The notes under the pieces were generated by a model that was not told where the DNA came from, ran no database searches, and worked only from the letters and a program-made list of their open reading frames with translations. This document shows positions 9,311-18,925 of a DNA stretch of 64,000 nt, piece after piece. Numbering within the stretch: the stretch's first letter is position 1; each line of letters begins with the position of its first letter. Position numbers and translations under genes: made by a program. Source of the stretch: Thermoplasmatota archaeon (GTDB lineage: Archaea > Thermoplasmatota > Thermoplasmata > UBA10834); assembly GCA_018814355.1 (NCBI GenBank), contig JAHIZT010000124.1:479-64478 (forward strand), given 5' to 3'.

Positions 9311-10859
9311 CCTCATCCGTGCACCCGGCCTCTCTCAGGAAGGTGGCGAAGGCATCGTGGTGTTCCTCCGGGTCCTCGCTCTCGAGGAGCTTCTTTGCGA
9401 ATGTCTGGAGGTGTTTCCCGTACTCCTTCTCCTCGTCTGTGAATCTCCAGGCCTTGTTCATCACGCGCAAGGCGAGATAGAACGCATGGGTCATCGACCT
9501 GATCCTGTGGTCGTTGGACTTGTTCGAGTCAAGCACTGATATGGCTCCCGCCTGACCTCGGGTCTTGTACTCCCTGGCTACCTCGTCGGCGAACTCTCCA
9601 TACTGTGACAGGCAGGAATATTTGGGTATCCGCGCGGAGATCGCTGCGTGCTCTGCGTCCCTGAGTGCGGAACGAATGACCTTCAACGGGGATTTCTCGG
9701 ACTCGTCGTCGTCCTTGTAGTACTTCTCCGCGAGCTCTTTGGACACTACCGCTCTCAGTGCGTCCGTTCCGTTGGTCGTCCAGTATTCCGAAAGCAGTTT
9801 GTTGACCGAGTTTCCTGGTTCCACGACGATAGGGTGGTCTATACCAGATAGGAGACCGATGACCGCTCTCTTCTCCATTTCGTCTGCAGTCAGCTCTTTG
9901 ACGAACGACTCCACATCCTCTCCGAAGCACTTGTCTCCTTTGACATAGACCTTCTTCTTGAGATCGGTCATGGACTCGAGAACGGCCTCCATGTGCTTCT
10001 CGATCAGAGCCCTGTTGTCAAGCTCGCCAGAGGAATACTTCTCGAGCAGGTCCTTGGCGACTGGCCTGTTGAGCAACTCCTCGCAGCCGGTCTTGCCATT
10101 CACGACATTGAGGGGTCTCACGACCGAGATCTCGAACTCGTTCAGGACTTTAGGGACAGCCATTCCCTCTGCGATCTTCGACAGCGTGTTCTTTGTCTTG
10201 CTCACACACTGGTCGCAGAGAAGTATCTTTCTGTCAGCGCTGACCCAATCGAATTCCAAGTGGTTGATAGCAGATGGATTGTGCGGGCAGGAGTAAGTGT
10301 CTCCCTGCAGCCTCCCTGCTCCAATGGATTCGGCCGCCAGCCTGACATACTCCTGAGGTGGCCTCGCGACCTTCCCAGTGCATATGAAGTTGTCTCCGTA
10401 GGAGTAGAAGTGGAGGCCCTTCTTGTGCACCAGGTCGAGCACGCTCAGAACGCGCCATTTTGGAGAGTCGAAGTTCTGAACCCCCATGAGCTTCTCTTTG
10501 TCCGTCTTTCCCCTGAGGGCGTATGTGATCGTACCGCCAGAGTATGTGGCGGTCGCGAGGTAGGGCGTTTTCTCCTCATGCACGAGGCCTATCGTGGCCG
10601 CATATGCCCTCGCGAGCTTGTCACCGCGTCTGGCAAGCTGGGCGAGTTTTCCCTGATCATCCTTGTACTTCTGTATCTTCTCAATGCGTGCCTGGGTCTT
10701 CTTGAACGGACACGAGCCACAGTCCTCAGAGCACTCGGGGATGATCAGCTCAGGGTCGTCCATGAGCATCTTGGCCTTCGCGAGTAGGTCCTTCTCCATG
10801 ACCTTCGACGCGATTCTTGCTTTCACCCTGAGTCTGGGAATACCCTTCTTCTTAGCCAT
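9297..10859 (-). CDS. Conserved uncharacterized protein (520 aa) with Cys clusters (CSEDCGSC; CPHNP...LLCDQC)
   Basis: Long ORF with good coding bias and no low-complexity regions. No family was recognised from the sequence. It has an N-terminal CxxxCxxC and a later C...CxxC. Confidence 0.6.
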   Translation of the reverse strand: MAKKKGIPRLRVKARIASKVMEKDLLAKAKMLMDDPELIIPECSEDCGSCPFKKTQARIEKIQKYKDDQGKLAQLARRGDKLARAYAATIGLVHEEKTPYLATATYSGGTITYALRGKTDKEKLMGVQNFDSPKWRVLSVLDLVHKKGLHFYSYGDNFICTGKVARPPQEYVRLAAESIGAGRLQGDTYSCPHNPSAINHLEFDWVSADRKILLCDQCVSKTKNTLSKIAEGMAVPKVLNEFEISVVRPLNVVNGKTGCEELLNRPVAKDLLEKYSSGELDNRALIEKHMEAVLESMTDLKKKVYVKGDKCFGEDVESFVKELTADEMEKRAVIGLLSGIDHPIVVEPGNSVNKLLSEYWTTNGTDALRAVVSKELAEKYYKDDDESEKSPLKVIRSALRDAEHAAISARIPKYSCLSQYGEFADEVAREYKTRGQAGAISVLDSNKSNDHRIRSMTHAFYLALRVMNKAWRFTDEEKEYGKHLQTFAKKLLESEDPEEHHDAFATFLREAGCTDEVKKA

Positions 10860-10986
10860 GGCGATTTCGGTCTCTAATTAGATGTCATGGTAATAGTTTT
10901 TGCGAGCATACCTCGCCCGCTCCAATCCGGAAAAGGTTATTAGTCTGGCCATGCCATAAGGAGAAACAGCAAAAGCGGATGCGATA

Positions 10987-11715
10987 ATGAGCGCCGAAGA
11001 TGACTCCGCCAGAGGCTACGTCAAAGGGTTTCAGGAGGGCCTCCAGGAGGCTTGGGACGAGATAATCAAGCTCTCCACGAAAGGCTACACCTCCAGAGAA
11101 CTCCAGATCATGGCCAAGACGAAGAGATCGATGCTCTTCCAGAAGGTCCAGCAGAAGGTGGACGAGCTCGAAAGGGCCCTCGGCAGGAAGTTGTCGGTCC
11201 CGGATGTGGCTTCACATGCCCAGCCGGCGCAGCCAGTCCAGTTGATATCTGGCTGGAGCTATGTCATCAAGGAGGAGAGGCCTGAGAAGAGTTTCGCCCT
11301 GTTCACTGCTCTCATCGCCAAAGGTGGAAGGGGACTGTGCATCTCGCGGACCCATCCTGACACTCTGAAGCAGAAGTACAAGTTCGAGGCTGAGGCGCTC
11401 TGGCTCACGAAGACAGAGACCGCCCAGCCAGCGGCCGGCGCCAAAGGTGTCGAATACGTTTCCCCCAACAACCTTGCGCATCTAGCGTCTGCGATCAGGG
11501 AATTCTTCGCGAAGGGCCCGGACGGGGCTGTCATAATCGAAGGGCTCGAGTACCTTACGACTCAGAACGATTTCAGAAGCGTCCTCAAGTTCATACAACT
11601 GATAAACGAGCAGGTCGTTCTCGACAAGGGATATCTGTTTGTACCTGTCGATGAGGCGACGATGGACCCGAAGGACTTCTCATTGATTGAACGAGAGATG
11701 AGCCAGGTGCTCTAG
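10987..11715 (+). CDS. DUF835-family archaeal protein with an N-terminal coiled-coil region
   Basis: C-terminal half carries the DUF835-like signature SYVIKEERPEKSFALFTALIAKGGRGLCISRTHP...AVIIEGLEYL. The N-terminus is a charged helical region. Confidence 0.6.
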   Translation: MSAEDDSARGYVKGFQEGLQEAWDEIIKLSTKGYTSRELQIMAKTKRSMLFQKVQQKVDELERALGRKLSVPDVASHAQPAQPVQLISGWSYVIKEERPEKSFALFTALIAKGGRGLCISRTHPDTLKQKYKFEAEALWLTKTETAQPAAGAKGVEYVSPNNLAHLASAIREFFAKGPDGAVIIEGLEYLTTQNDFRSVLKFIQLINEQVVLDKGYLFVPVDEATMDPKDFSLIEREMSQVL

Positions 11716-11821
11716 CGTCTCCTGGTTTCGACTATAGCGTTTGAGCAGACGATTCCTGAGATGAGAGATGTGGCCTCGCCGGGATATCACTCTGAACTTC
11801 ACCCGCAGCAATTGTTGGGCC

Positions 11822-12160
11822 TTAAGCTGGCTTGACCTTGTCTCTGATGTACTTCATGTAGACTTCGGAGAACATGCCCACCTTCGGGTCGAACTCCGTG
11901 CAAGGAAATTTCTCGCAATCCGAACACATGGATACTCCGTGCTTCTCGGCGCAGTTCAGCTGGGTGCACCATTTCAAGTTCCCATCTCTAGCCCTCTTGT
12001 CGGCCTGGTACCTGCAGCCAAGGCATATGCCCTTCTTGTATGCGAGGCAGAAGCCACAAAAGAAGCCGCAGGGCCCCAAGAGGTTAGCGTCGATTGACTT
12101 TCTCTTTCCCGCACTTGCGTGGGAGCCACTCTTCATGGCTAGTGCAATGCGTTGTGACAT
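11822..12160 (-). CDS. Cys-rich DUF3795-like zinc-binding protein
   Basis: 112 aa with the motif GPCGFFCGFCLAYKKGICLGC plus additional Cys pairs (CSDCEKFPC). Confidence 0.55.
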   Translation of the reverse strand: MSQRIALAMKSGSHASAGKRKSIDANLLGPCGFFCGFCLAYKKGICLGCRYQADKRARDGNLKWCTQLNCAEKHGVSMCSDCEKFPCTEFDPKVGMFSEVYMKYIRDKVKPA

Positions 12161-12189
12161 ATCGAATGTTGCTCTGGGGAGTGGCGATG

Positions 12190-12264
12190 TGCTCCCGCCG
12201 GGATTTGAACCCGGGTATCCAACTCGAAAGGCTGGAATGATTGGCCGGACTACACTACGGGAGC
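12190..12264 (-). tRNA. tRNA-Glu (anticodon TTC)
   Basis: Reverse complement reads GCTCCCG-TAGTGTAGTCCGGCCAATCAT-TCCAGC-CTTTCGA-GTTGGA...-CCCGGGTTCAAATCCCGG-CGGGAGC-A. It has a 7-bp acceptor stem, a T-loop GGTTCAAATCC, the anticodon loop CTTTCGA (anticodon TTC) and a discriminator A. CCA is not encoded. Confidence 0.85.
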
Positions 12265-12303
12265 TTCCTGGCAGTCCATATGCCTTTTCGGCCCTATGAG
12301 ATG

Positions 12304-12317
12304 TTTCTATATAATGG
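12304..12317. promoter_or_regulatory. Near-palindromic TATA box (TTTCTATATAATGG) in the divergent region between tRNA-Glu (-) and the ACT-domain gene (+)
   Basis: Strong AT-rich TATA consensus about 45 nt upstream of the tRNA 5' end on the minus strand and about 85 nt upstream of the ATG at 12402 on the plus strand. Confidence 0.4.
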
Positions 12318-12401
12318 TTCTCGGAGGCCAGCAGGCCGGTTCAAGCCCTAGCGCCACACGAACCAAACATTAATGCTGGACCCGTGGATTCCTGCCACTA
12401 G

Positions 12402-13085
12402 ATGGACGCACCCAAGGGTAAGTCGAGCGCTGCGGAACTCACAAGGAAGTATATCGATCGCCACCCCAGCATACGGGACTGCATCAGCAAGGATCTGGTG
12501 AACTACTCTTCCCTCTCGCGTCTCATCATGAAGGAGCTCGGGGTGAAGAACGAGGAGGCGGTGCTCGCAGCGAGCCGCAGGTACGCCATGAAGCTCGCCA
12601 AGACCGACTCCGAGGGCGCCATCATGGACCTCCTGGAGCGCAGCAGGCTCGAGCTCAAGACGAAGATATGCATCGTCGCGGCGAAGAACGAGTGGATCGT
12701 GCTCAAGAACCTCGAGGATGTCGTCAAGAGGCTCTTGGCGGACAAGAGCACTATGCAGGTTCTCCAGAGCGCGAACGCAATCACCGTGATCTCGGAGGAC
12801 AGGCATCTGTCCGCGATTGTGAAGGCGATAGGCCAGGACCATATCATAAGCGTCAAGGAGAACTTGGCAGAGATAACGGTCAAGAGCTCGCCCGCGATAG
12901 AGGAGACTCCCGGCGTTTTCGTTTATATGATGGGCATGCTCTCAGAGCAGGGCATCAACCTTCTGGAGGCTGTGAGCTGCTACACGGACACGATCTTCAT
13001 AGTCAGCAGAGAGGACATGATGCGCGCGTTCGACATACTCTCATCATGCATCGAGGACAAGATGGTCCCCGAGAACTCGAGTTGA
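12402..13085 (+). CDS. ACT-domain containing regulatory protein (amino-acid binding), adjacent to argH/argG
   Basis: 227 aa. The C-terminal ~80 aa resembles an ACT fold (VFVYMMGMLSEQGINLLEAVSCYTDTIFIVSREDMMRAFDILS). The N-terminal helical domain is of unknown function. Confidence 0.55.
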   Translation: MDAPKGKSSAAELTRKYIDRHPSIRDCISKDLVNYSSLSRLIMKELGVKNEEAVLAASRRYAMKLAKTDSEGAIMDLLERSRLELKTKICIVAAKNEWIVLKNLEDVVKRLLADKSTMQVLQSANAITVISEDRHLSAIVKAIGQDHIISVKENLAEITVKSSPAIEETPGVFVYMMGMLSEQGINLLEAVSCYTDTIFIVSREDMMRAFDILSSCIEDKMVPENSS

Positions 13086-13088
13086 GTT

Positions 13089-14537
13089 TCAATCCAGAAG
13101 TTTGTCGACTGCCGAGATCTGCTCCCTCAGCCTCTTGAGGACAGCCTTGTTCTCATTGAGCGCGGATACCGCCTTCGCCATCTGCTTCGAGACGGCGCCC
13201 TTCGATGTCCCGCCCTCGCTGCCCCTCCTCTCGACGGCTCTTTCGACCTTGAGGAAGTTCAGGTCCGAGGTCCTCAGATCCTTCTTGTTCTTCAGCAGGA
13301 CCTCGTTCGCCAGCCGTATGAACTTCTTATCGTCACCGTCCGCATGCATGGCCAGCTCCTTGACGATGCCGTGCGCGCTCCTGAAAGGTATCCCCAAGGT
13401 TGTGAGGAGGTCGGCGAGGTCGGTCGCGGTCATCAACCCAACCTCTGCCGCCCTCCTCATCCTCACCCTGTCGAACTCGATCTCTCTCAGGAAGTCTGTG
13501 AGGGCATGGAGCGAAGCCTCAACGGTGTCGAAAACATCGAAGAGGTTCTCCTTGTCTTCCTGCAGGTCGCGGTTATATGCGAGGGGAAGAGATTTCATCA
13601 GGGTGAGGATCGCGACTAGGTCACCGACTGCTCTGCCGGATTTCCCTCTGACGAGTTCCGGTAGGTCGGGGTTCCACTTTTGGGGCATCATGCTGGAGCC
13701 GCCGGACAGGTCTTTCGGGAGCTTCAAGAACCCGAACTCGCGAGACGACCAGTAGACCAGCTCCTCGCAGAGCGACGAGAGATGTATCATGAGCAGGGAG
13801 AGAGAGAACGCGGACTCAGCGACGAAGTCCCTGTCGGAGACGGAATCGATGGAGTTCTCCGTGATGCCGTCCAGGCCGAGCATGTCAGCGACTGACTTCC
13901 GGTCGATCTTGTGCCAGACGCCTGCGAGAGCCCCCGACCCGAGGGGAGATACGTTCGTTCTGGAATAGCAGTCGAACATGCGTGATATGTCTCGCTCGAG
14001 CCTCCAATAATGAGCAAGCAGATGATGGGCCAGCAGTATCGGTTGCGCATGCTGGACATGCGTGTATCCGGGCATGATGGCTCCGGCCGCCGCCCTTGCG
14101 CGCAAGACGATGGTCTGCTGGAGTTCCAGCGCCGCGGAGACTGAATCGAGCAACGCTTCTCTGACGAACAGCCTCATGTCAAGGGCGACCTGATCGTTCC
14201 TGCTCCGACCGGTGTGCAGCTTCGCGCCGGCTTCGCCGATTCTGTCCGTGAGCGCGCGCTCCACATTCATGTGAATGTCCTCAAGCTTCGGGTCAAGGGC
14301 CAGCTTCCCCGTCCTGATGTCGTCGGCTACCCCTTTCAGGCCATTCTCAGTCAGCTTCAGCTCTTGTTTGGATATCACGCCCGCGCCCGCCAGGGCGTGC
14401 GCGTGCGCTATGGAGCCAGCTATGTCGTACTTCCAGAGCCTTCGGTCGAAATGGACCGAGGCCGTGAAATCGAGGAACGCATCATTTGCAGACTGTGACC
14501 GTCTCCTCGTTGACCGCGATCTCGTTCGCTGTTCCAT
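13089..14537 (-). CDS. argH: Argininosuccinate lyase
   Basis: 482 aa, with the fumarate-lyase signature GSSMMPQKWNPD, SRNDQVALDMRLFVRE and the N-terminal DIAGSIAHA. Confidence 0.95.
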   Translation of the reverse strand: MEQRTRSRSTRRRSQSANDAFLDFTASVHFDRRLWKYDIAGSIAHAHALAGAGVISKQELKLTENGLKGVADDIRTGKLALDPKLEDIHMNVERALTDRIGEAGAKLHTGRSRNDQVALDMRLFVREALLDSVSAALELQQTIVLRARAAAGAIMPGYTHVQHAQPILLAHHLLAHYWRLERDISRMFDCYSRTNVSPLGSGALAGVWHKIDRKSVADMLGLDGITENSIDSVSDRDFVAESAFSLSLLMIHLSSLCEELVYWSSREFGFLKLPKDLSGGSSMMPQKWNPDLPELVRGKSGRAVGDLVAILTLMKSLPLAYNRDLQEDKENLFDVFDTVEASLHALTDFLREIEFDRVRMRRAAEVGLMTATDLADLLTTLGIPFRSAHGIVKELAMHADGDDKKFIRLANEVLLKNKKDLRTSDLNFLKVERAVERRGSEGGTSKGAVSKQMAKAVSALNENKAVLKRLREQISAVDKLLD

Positions 14538-15762
14538 TGCCGCTCTCTCCCGCCTTCACCATGCTGGCGACCTTCAGGGGCAACCCCCACACATAGATGA
14601 ACCCCTTCGCAGCGGAGTGGTCGAACTCATCCCCTTTGGCGTATGTCGATAGTGAATTGCTGTACAACGAGTACGGAGACTCCCTGCCCACGACGACCGC
14701 GCTGCCTTTGAACAGCTTCAGCTTGACCGTCCCGGTCACGAGCTCCTGGGTCTTGTCGATGAACGCGTCCAGAGCCTCCTTGAGCGGGGAGAACCAGAGG
14801 CCGTTGTAAACGAGCTCCGCATAGTGCTGCTCGATTCCCTTCTTGTAGTGCAGCAGGTCCTTCGTCATGACCAGGCTCTCGAGGTCTTGGTGGGCCTTGA
14901 TGAGCACGACCGCCGCAGGTGCCTCGTAAACCTCTCTCGATTTGATCCCGATCAGACGGTTCTCGATGTGGTCTATCCTGCCTACCCCGTTGTTGCCCGC
15001 GATCTCGTTCAATTTCCTTATGAGATCTAGGAGGTCGATATTGGCTCCGTTCAGGCTCACTGGGTTGCCCTGGACAAAGCCGATCTCGACGTACTCAGGG
15101 GCGTCAGGGGACTTGTCTATCCCCTTGGTCCATTCGAAGATGTCCTCTGGAGGCTCGACCCACGGATCCTCGAGGACTCCGCATTCGATTGCTCTGCCCC
15201 ATATGCTTTCATCTATGCTGTACGGTTTCTCGACTGAGACGGGAATCGGGATGCTGTGCTCATTCGCATAGACTATCTCCTCCTCCCTCGACATCTTCCA
15301 GTCCCTTGTCGGGGCTAGTATGTCCAGGTTGGGGGCGAGCGCCATGATTGACACTTCGAACCTGACCTGGTCGTTGCCCTTGCCCGTGCAGCCGTGGGCA
15401 ATGGCAGTCGCATCCAGTCTCTTGGCCATCTCGACGAGTTTGGCGACCATGAGAGGTCTCGCGATCGCGGTCCCGAGCGGGTAGTTGCCTTCGTAGAGGG
15501 CGTTTGCCTTCAATGCTGGTAGAACGTAGTTCTCGACGAACTCCTTCTTCGCGTCGATGACCCACGCCTTGGATGCGCCTATGCTCTTGGCCCTCCTCAT
15601 CGCGTCCTTGAGGTCGTCCGATTGACCGACGTCTATGGTCACGGCGACGACTTCGTAGCCGTACTTCTCGTTCAGCCAGTGGATAGCCACTGACGTGTCC
15701 AGGCCGCCTGAGTACGCGAGCAGGATCTTATCCTTCTGTTTGCCTTGAGCAGCGCCTTCCAT
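14482..15762 (-). CDS. argG: Argininosuccinate synthase. The true start is probably MEGAAQGKQKDKILLAYSGG, 44 codons inside the listed ORF.
   Basis: PP-loop AYSGGLDTS, the segments NDQVRFE and GRIDHIENRLIGIKSREVYE, ~426 aa. The 3' end overlaps the argH start by 56 nt out of frame. Confidence 0.95.
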   Translation of the reverse strand: MEGAAQGKQKDKILLAYSGGLDTSVAIHWLNEKYGYEVVAVTIDVGQSDDLKDAMRRAKSIGASKAWVIDAKKEFVENYVLPALKANALYEGNYPLGTAIARPLMVAKLVEMAKRLDATAIAHGCTGKGNDQVRFEVSIMALAPNLDILAPTRDWKMSREEEIVYANEHSIPIPVSVEKPYSIDESIWGRAIECGVLEDPWVEPPEDIFEWTKGIDKSPDAPEYVEIGFVQGNPVSLNGANIDLLDLIRKLNEIAGNNGVGRIDHIENRLIGIKSREVYEAPAAVVLIKAHQDLESLVMTKDLLHYKKGIEQHYAELVYNGLWFSPLKEALDAFIDKTQELVTGTVKLKLFKGSAVVVGRESPYSLYSNSLSTYAKGDEFDHSAAKGFIYVWGLPLKVASMVKAGESGNGTANEIAVNEETVTVCK

Positions 15763-15979
15763 GGTCTGCCGCCTCCTAGCATTCGAAACTAGTGTGCGTA
15801 TTTGGCCGTGGTGACATCGAGTGAACATCGTCCGATGAACGATGTCCAATTTGCGACAAGAACACTTCTCATCTCTGACCTGCGATTGGACCACGTTCTG
15901 ATTGTCTGGCTAGTTTGCGACAGTCCATCAGCCTTAAGTAGACCGAGAATATTACTATTCAGTACAACAGGAGAGCCAC

Positions 15980-16330
15980 TTGCCTTTCAGACGACCGCGC
16001 GAAGAGGAACCGCAGATAGGCCCGGACGGGCAGCCCGAGTTCGTCAGGGTACGACTTCCCCACAAGAAGGAGGGGGAGATGTTCGGCATCGCTGACCAGC
16101 TATTGGGAGCCTCTAGAATCAAGATAATGTGCGCGGACGGCAAGTACCGTATGGGCCGCATTCCTGGCAAGATAAAGAAGCGTATGTGGATACGCGAGGG
16201 AGACCTCGTGATCGTCCAGCCATGGGATTTCCAGGACGAGAAGGCGAACATTCAGTATAGGTACACGAAGACCCAGGCAATGTACCTAAGCAGGAAGAAG
16301 ATGATCCCCAAGTCGATCGATGTCTTCTGA
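15980..16330 (+). CDS. eif1A: Translation initiation factor 1A (aIF-1A), with an apparent TTG start
   Basis: RVRLPHKKEGEMFGIADQLLGASRIKIMCADGKYRMGRIPGKIKKRMWIREGDLVIV matches the aIF1A S1/OB fold closely. Confidence 0.85.
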   Translation: MPFRRPREEEPQIGPDGQPEFVRVRLPHKKEGEMFGIADQLLGASRIKIMCADGKYRMGRIPGKIKKRMWIREGDLVIVQPWDFQDEKANIQYRYTKTQAMYLSRKKMIPKSIDVF

Positions 16331-16344
16331 AGGACAACCGGTGG

Positions 16345-17118
16345 ATGCCTGTGCCTCGAGCTGACGAATACCACTCTTTTGAACGCGAGATTGACAAGTG
16401 GCGTATGCGCCGCAAGGACACAAATGATAGGAAGTCGTACGATGAGGTGTTCGACCAGCAGAACCTGATGATCATCTACAAGCTGCTGTCAGATGGTGTT
16501 TTCGATAAGCTCGACTTCCCAATATCCACGGGCAAGGAGGGCAATGTCTACCGTGCCTCAACGAAGGATGGCCAGCTAGTGGCCGTGAAGATATACAGGA
16601 CGGCCACATCGACATTCAAGGACATGGCCAAGTACGTCCATGGAGACCCCAGGTTCGGCGGTCTCACAAACAACAAACGGAAGCTGATCTACGCCTGGGC
16701 AAACAAGGAGTTCCTGAACCTGAAGGCGTTCGCAAGGGCAGGCGTCCGAGTGCCCAAGGCAATAGCTCAGACGAAGAACGTAGTCGTCATGGAATACATT
16801 GGCGATGAGAACGAACCGGCACGTGAGCTGAGGAACGTCAAGCTCGAGGACCCGGAACCTGTCGCCAGAAAGATCCTGGACTACCTCAGGCTGGCGTACA
16901 AGAAGGCCAGGCTTGTGCACAGCGACATCAGCGAGTTCAACATCCTTATGCCGAGCGAAGAGCCGGTCATAATCGATGTCGGGCAAGCAGTCCTGCTGGA
17001 CCATCCGACCGCCCAGGAATGGCTCGAGCGAGATGTGGGCAACGTCGTAAGGTATTTCAAAAAGCTCGGTGTAATCCTGGACGTCAAGAAGGAGCTCGAG
17101 GTGATCAGGAAGCAATGA
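16345..17118 (+). CDS. rio1: RIO-type serine/threonine protein kinase (Rio1)
   Basis: Motifs STGKEGNVYRA, VHSDISEFNIL, IIDVGQAV. Conserved synteny with aIF1A upstream and the KH protein downstream. Confidence 0.85.
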   Translation: MPVPRADEYHSFEREIDKWRMRRKDTNDRKSYDEVFDQQNLMIIYKLLSDGVFDKLDFPISTGKEGNVYRASTKDGQLVAVKIYRTATSTFKDMAKYVHGDPRFGGLTNNKRKLIYAWANKEFLNLKAFARAGVRVPKAIAQTKNVVVMEYIGDENEPARELRNVKLEDPEPVARKILDYLRLAYKKARLVHSDISEFNILMPSEEPVIIDVGQAVLLDHPTAQEWLERDVGNVVRYFKKLGVILDVKKELEVIRKQ

Positions 17119-17657
17119 TCCAGTCCGTCAAGGTCCCAACGGAGAGAGTAGGGGTGCTCATCGGCAAGAGCGGCGAGACGAAGGAGTTCTTGGAGAGGCG
17201 GGCAGGGGTCAAGATATCAATCGATTCTGAAGAGGGTGATGTCGAGATCGATTACACTCACGCCAAGGACCCGGCCATGGCACTGGCCGTGGTGAACGTG
17301 GTCCAGGCGATCGGAAGAGGGTTCGCTCCTTCCAAGGCGATCAAGCTCCTCGAGGACGAGTACTTCCTCGAGATATTCGACATCAGGGACTATGTCGGGA
17401 AGAAGCAGGAGCACGTAATGCGCATGCGCGCGCGGGTCATCGGCACCCACGGGAAGACGCGTGCGATCATCGAAGAACTCACGGGTGCCTTCGTGTCTGT
17501 CTATGGGAACACGGTCGCCGTCATAGGGGATGCGCTGCAGATCGATGTCGCCCACAGGGCCCTCGACATGTTGCTATCAGGCTCGGAGCACGCGGCCGTG
17601 TATCACTACCTCGAGGGCAGACGGGCACAGCTCAAGGTCGAAGGCATGGGCTTCTGA
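17115..17657 (+). CDS. KH-domain RNA-binding protein (aDim2/Pno1-like). The start is MIQSVKVP, overlapping the rio1 stop by 4 nt.
   Basis: Two KH-like GxxG segments (IGKSGETK; IGTHGKTR) in ~180 aa. Conserved neighbour of Rio1 in archaea. Confidence 0.75.
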   Translation: MIQSVKVPTERVGVLIGKSGETKEFLERRAGVKISIDSEEGDVEIDYTHAKDPAMALAVVNVVQAIGRGFAPSKAIKLLEDEYFLEIFDIRDYVGKKQEHVMRMRARVIGTHGKTRAIIEELTGAFVSVYGNTVAVIGDALQIDVAHRALDMLLSGSEHAAVYHYLEGRRAQLKVEGMGF

Positions 17658-17718
17658 AGTTCTGAACACGCACTATTGGTTCTGTTGCGATATCGGGTGA
17701 TGACCCTTAGGTCACGTC

Positions 17719-18925
17719 TCAGATGCAACTCGTTCCATTCGGCTCCGACCGTGCGGCCATCGCTGGCTCGTATAGGATCATCATCACGTCATGCTGGAAC
17801 GCGCCGGGGTCGAACCGTAGACCCCCTGCCATCCCGTTGGAGATGGCTATCTGCAGCAGGTTGATGCTGGCATTGATGTGCCTGTCGAGGTGCCAGCCGC
17901 AATCACATACGAACTCTGTGCCCATTCGGGAATCTTGTATTCTCCCACATGCCGGGCACTTTCTGCTGCTATATCTTGGATCGACTTTGACGACAGGGAT
18001 ACCCTTCCACTGGGCCTTGTATTCGATGATCTGGTGTAGCTTCCTCCTCGGCCACAGGCTGAGGCGACGATTCATATCCTTGCCCCTTTTGTACCGGATT
18101 CCTATAAGGTCCTCGAGTACCACAACCGACCTCTTGCTCTCGGCAAACGAGAGCACGGCGTTTGCCACCTCATGAAGCCTGTGCTCGATCCGGTGGTGCT
18201 CTCTTGTGCCTTCCCGCCTACACAGGTTTCTAGCAGTCTGCCTGTCATGCGCCTTCTTCTTCTGCAGCCTTCTCCGCCTGTCGTGGTGCCGCTGCTGTAT
18301 GATGGCTACGTCAGGGAATTCCGCCTTGACCGTAACCGCTGCTTCAGAGTGGTTGCCGACGAACACGCCATCCAGGCTCCTTTCATTAGTATCTAGAGAA
18401 AGGACCGACTCGGGGATGTATGGTGCAGGGCACCCTTCCTGAAGGCTACTATGACCCGATCTGGAAGTATGGTCAGCGATCCGAGGGAGTGCGTGTTGTC
18501 ATCCAGGTACTTCCGATGATACTGGCTTACTACGAGATTCAATTTTACATGGCAACCCGCCCTTATGGGAAGGTCGATGGTTCCGGACTCACGATCGAGC
18601 TCTACGCCTGGTTCTCTGCTTTCATCATGAGGCGTTTGACATAGGGAACTTTGCACGCAACGCCTTTGCGAATGCGCCTGCGATGGGTCCTAAGAATGCC
18701 GCCAGCTACTTCGAACGCTGATACAAGATGCTGGGAGTACATCTTCGGATGTTCTTGGCGGAATTCCTTGTACGCGATTCTACACAAGGCGTTTCTCGAT
18801 GTCACTCTCGCCTGGAGGCCGGCTCGGATCGCATTGTTGACGGCCAATCTGAAATCCTCAAGCAGGGACTTCGCTTCCGATGGAAGGTCCGTGTCCAGTC
18901 GGAAGACGGCTCCCTTGATTAGCAT
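17719..18925 (-). pseudogene. tnpB: TnpB (IS200/IS605-family OrfB, RNA-guided nuclease-like) relic split into three reading frames by at least two frameshifts. No tnpA is present.
   Basis: Fragment 18602..18925 carries a TnpB N-terminus. Fragment 18393..18656 carries the central IDLPIRAGCHVKLNLVVSQYHRKYL. Fragment 17719..18366 carries the RuvC-like region plus zinc finger (VVVLEDLIGIR...RLSLWPRRKLHQIIEYKAQWKGIPVVKVDPRYSSRKCPACG...CDCGWHLDRHINASINL). Read in one orientation, this is a single ~400-aa protein broken by two shifts. Confidence 0.75.

Noticed and set aside
9720-9760. Radical-SAM assignment for the 520-aa protein based on CxxxCxxC
   Set aside because: The motif lacks the usual aromatic residue before the third Cys. 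I could identify no glycine-rich SAM-binding motif or other radical-SAM elements, so it is left as unknown.
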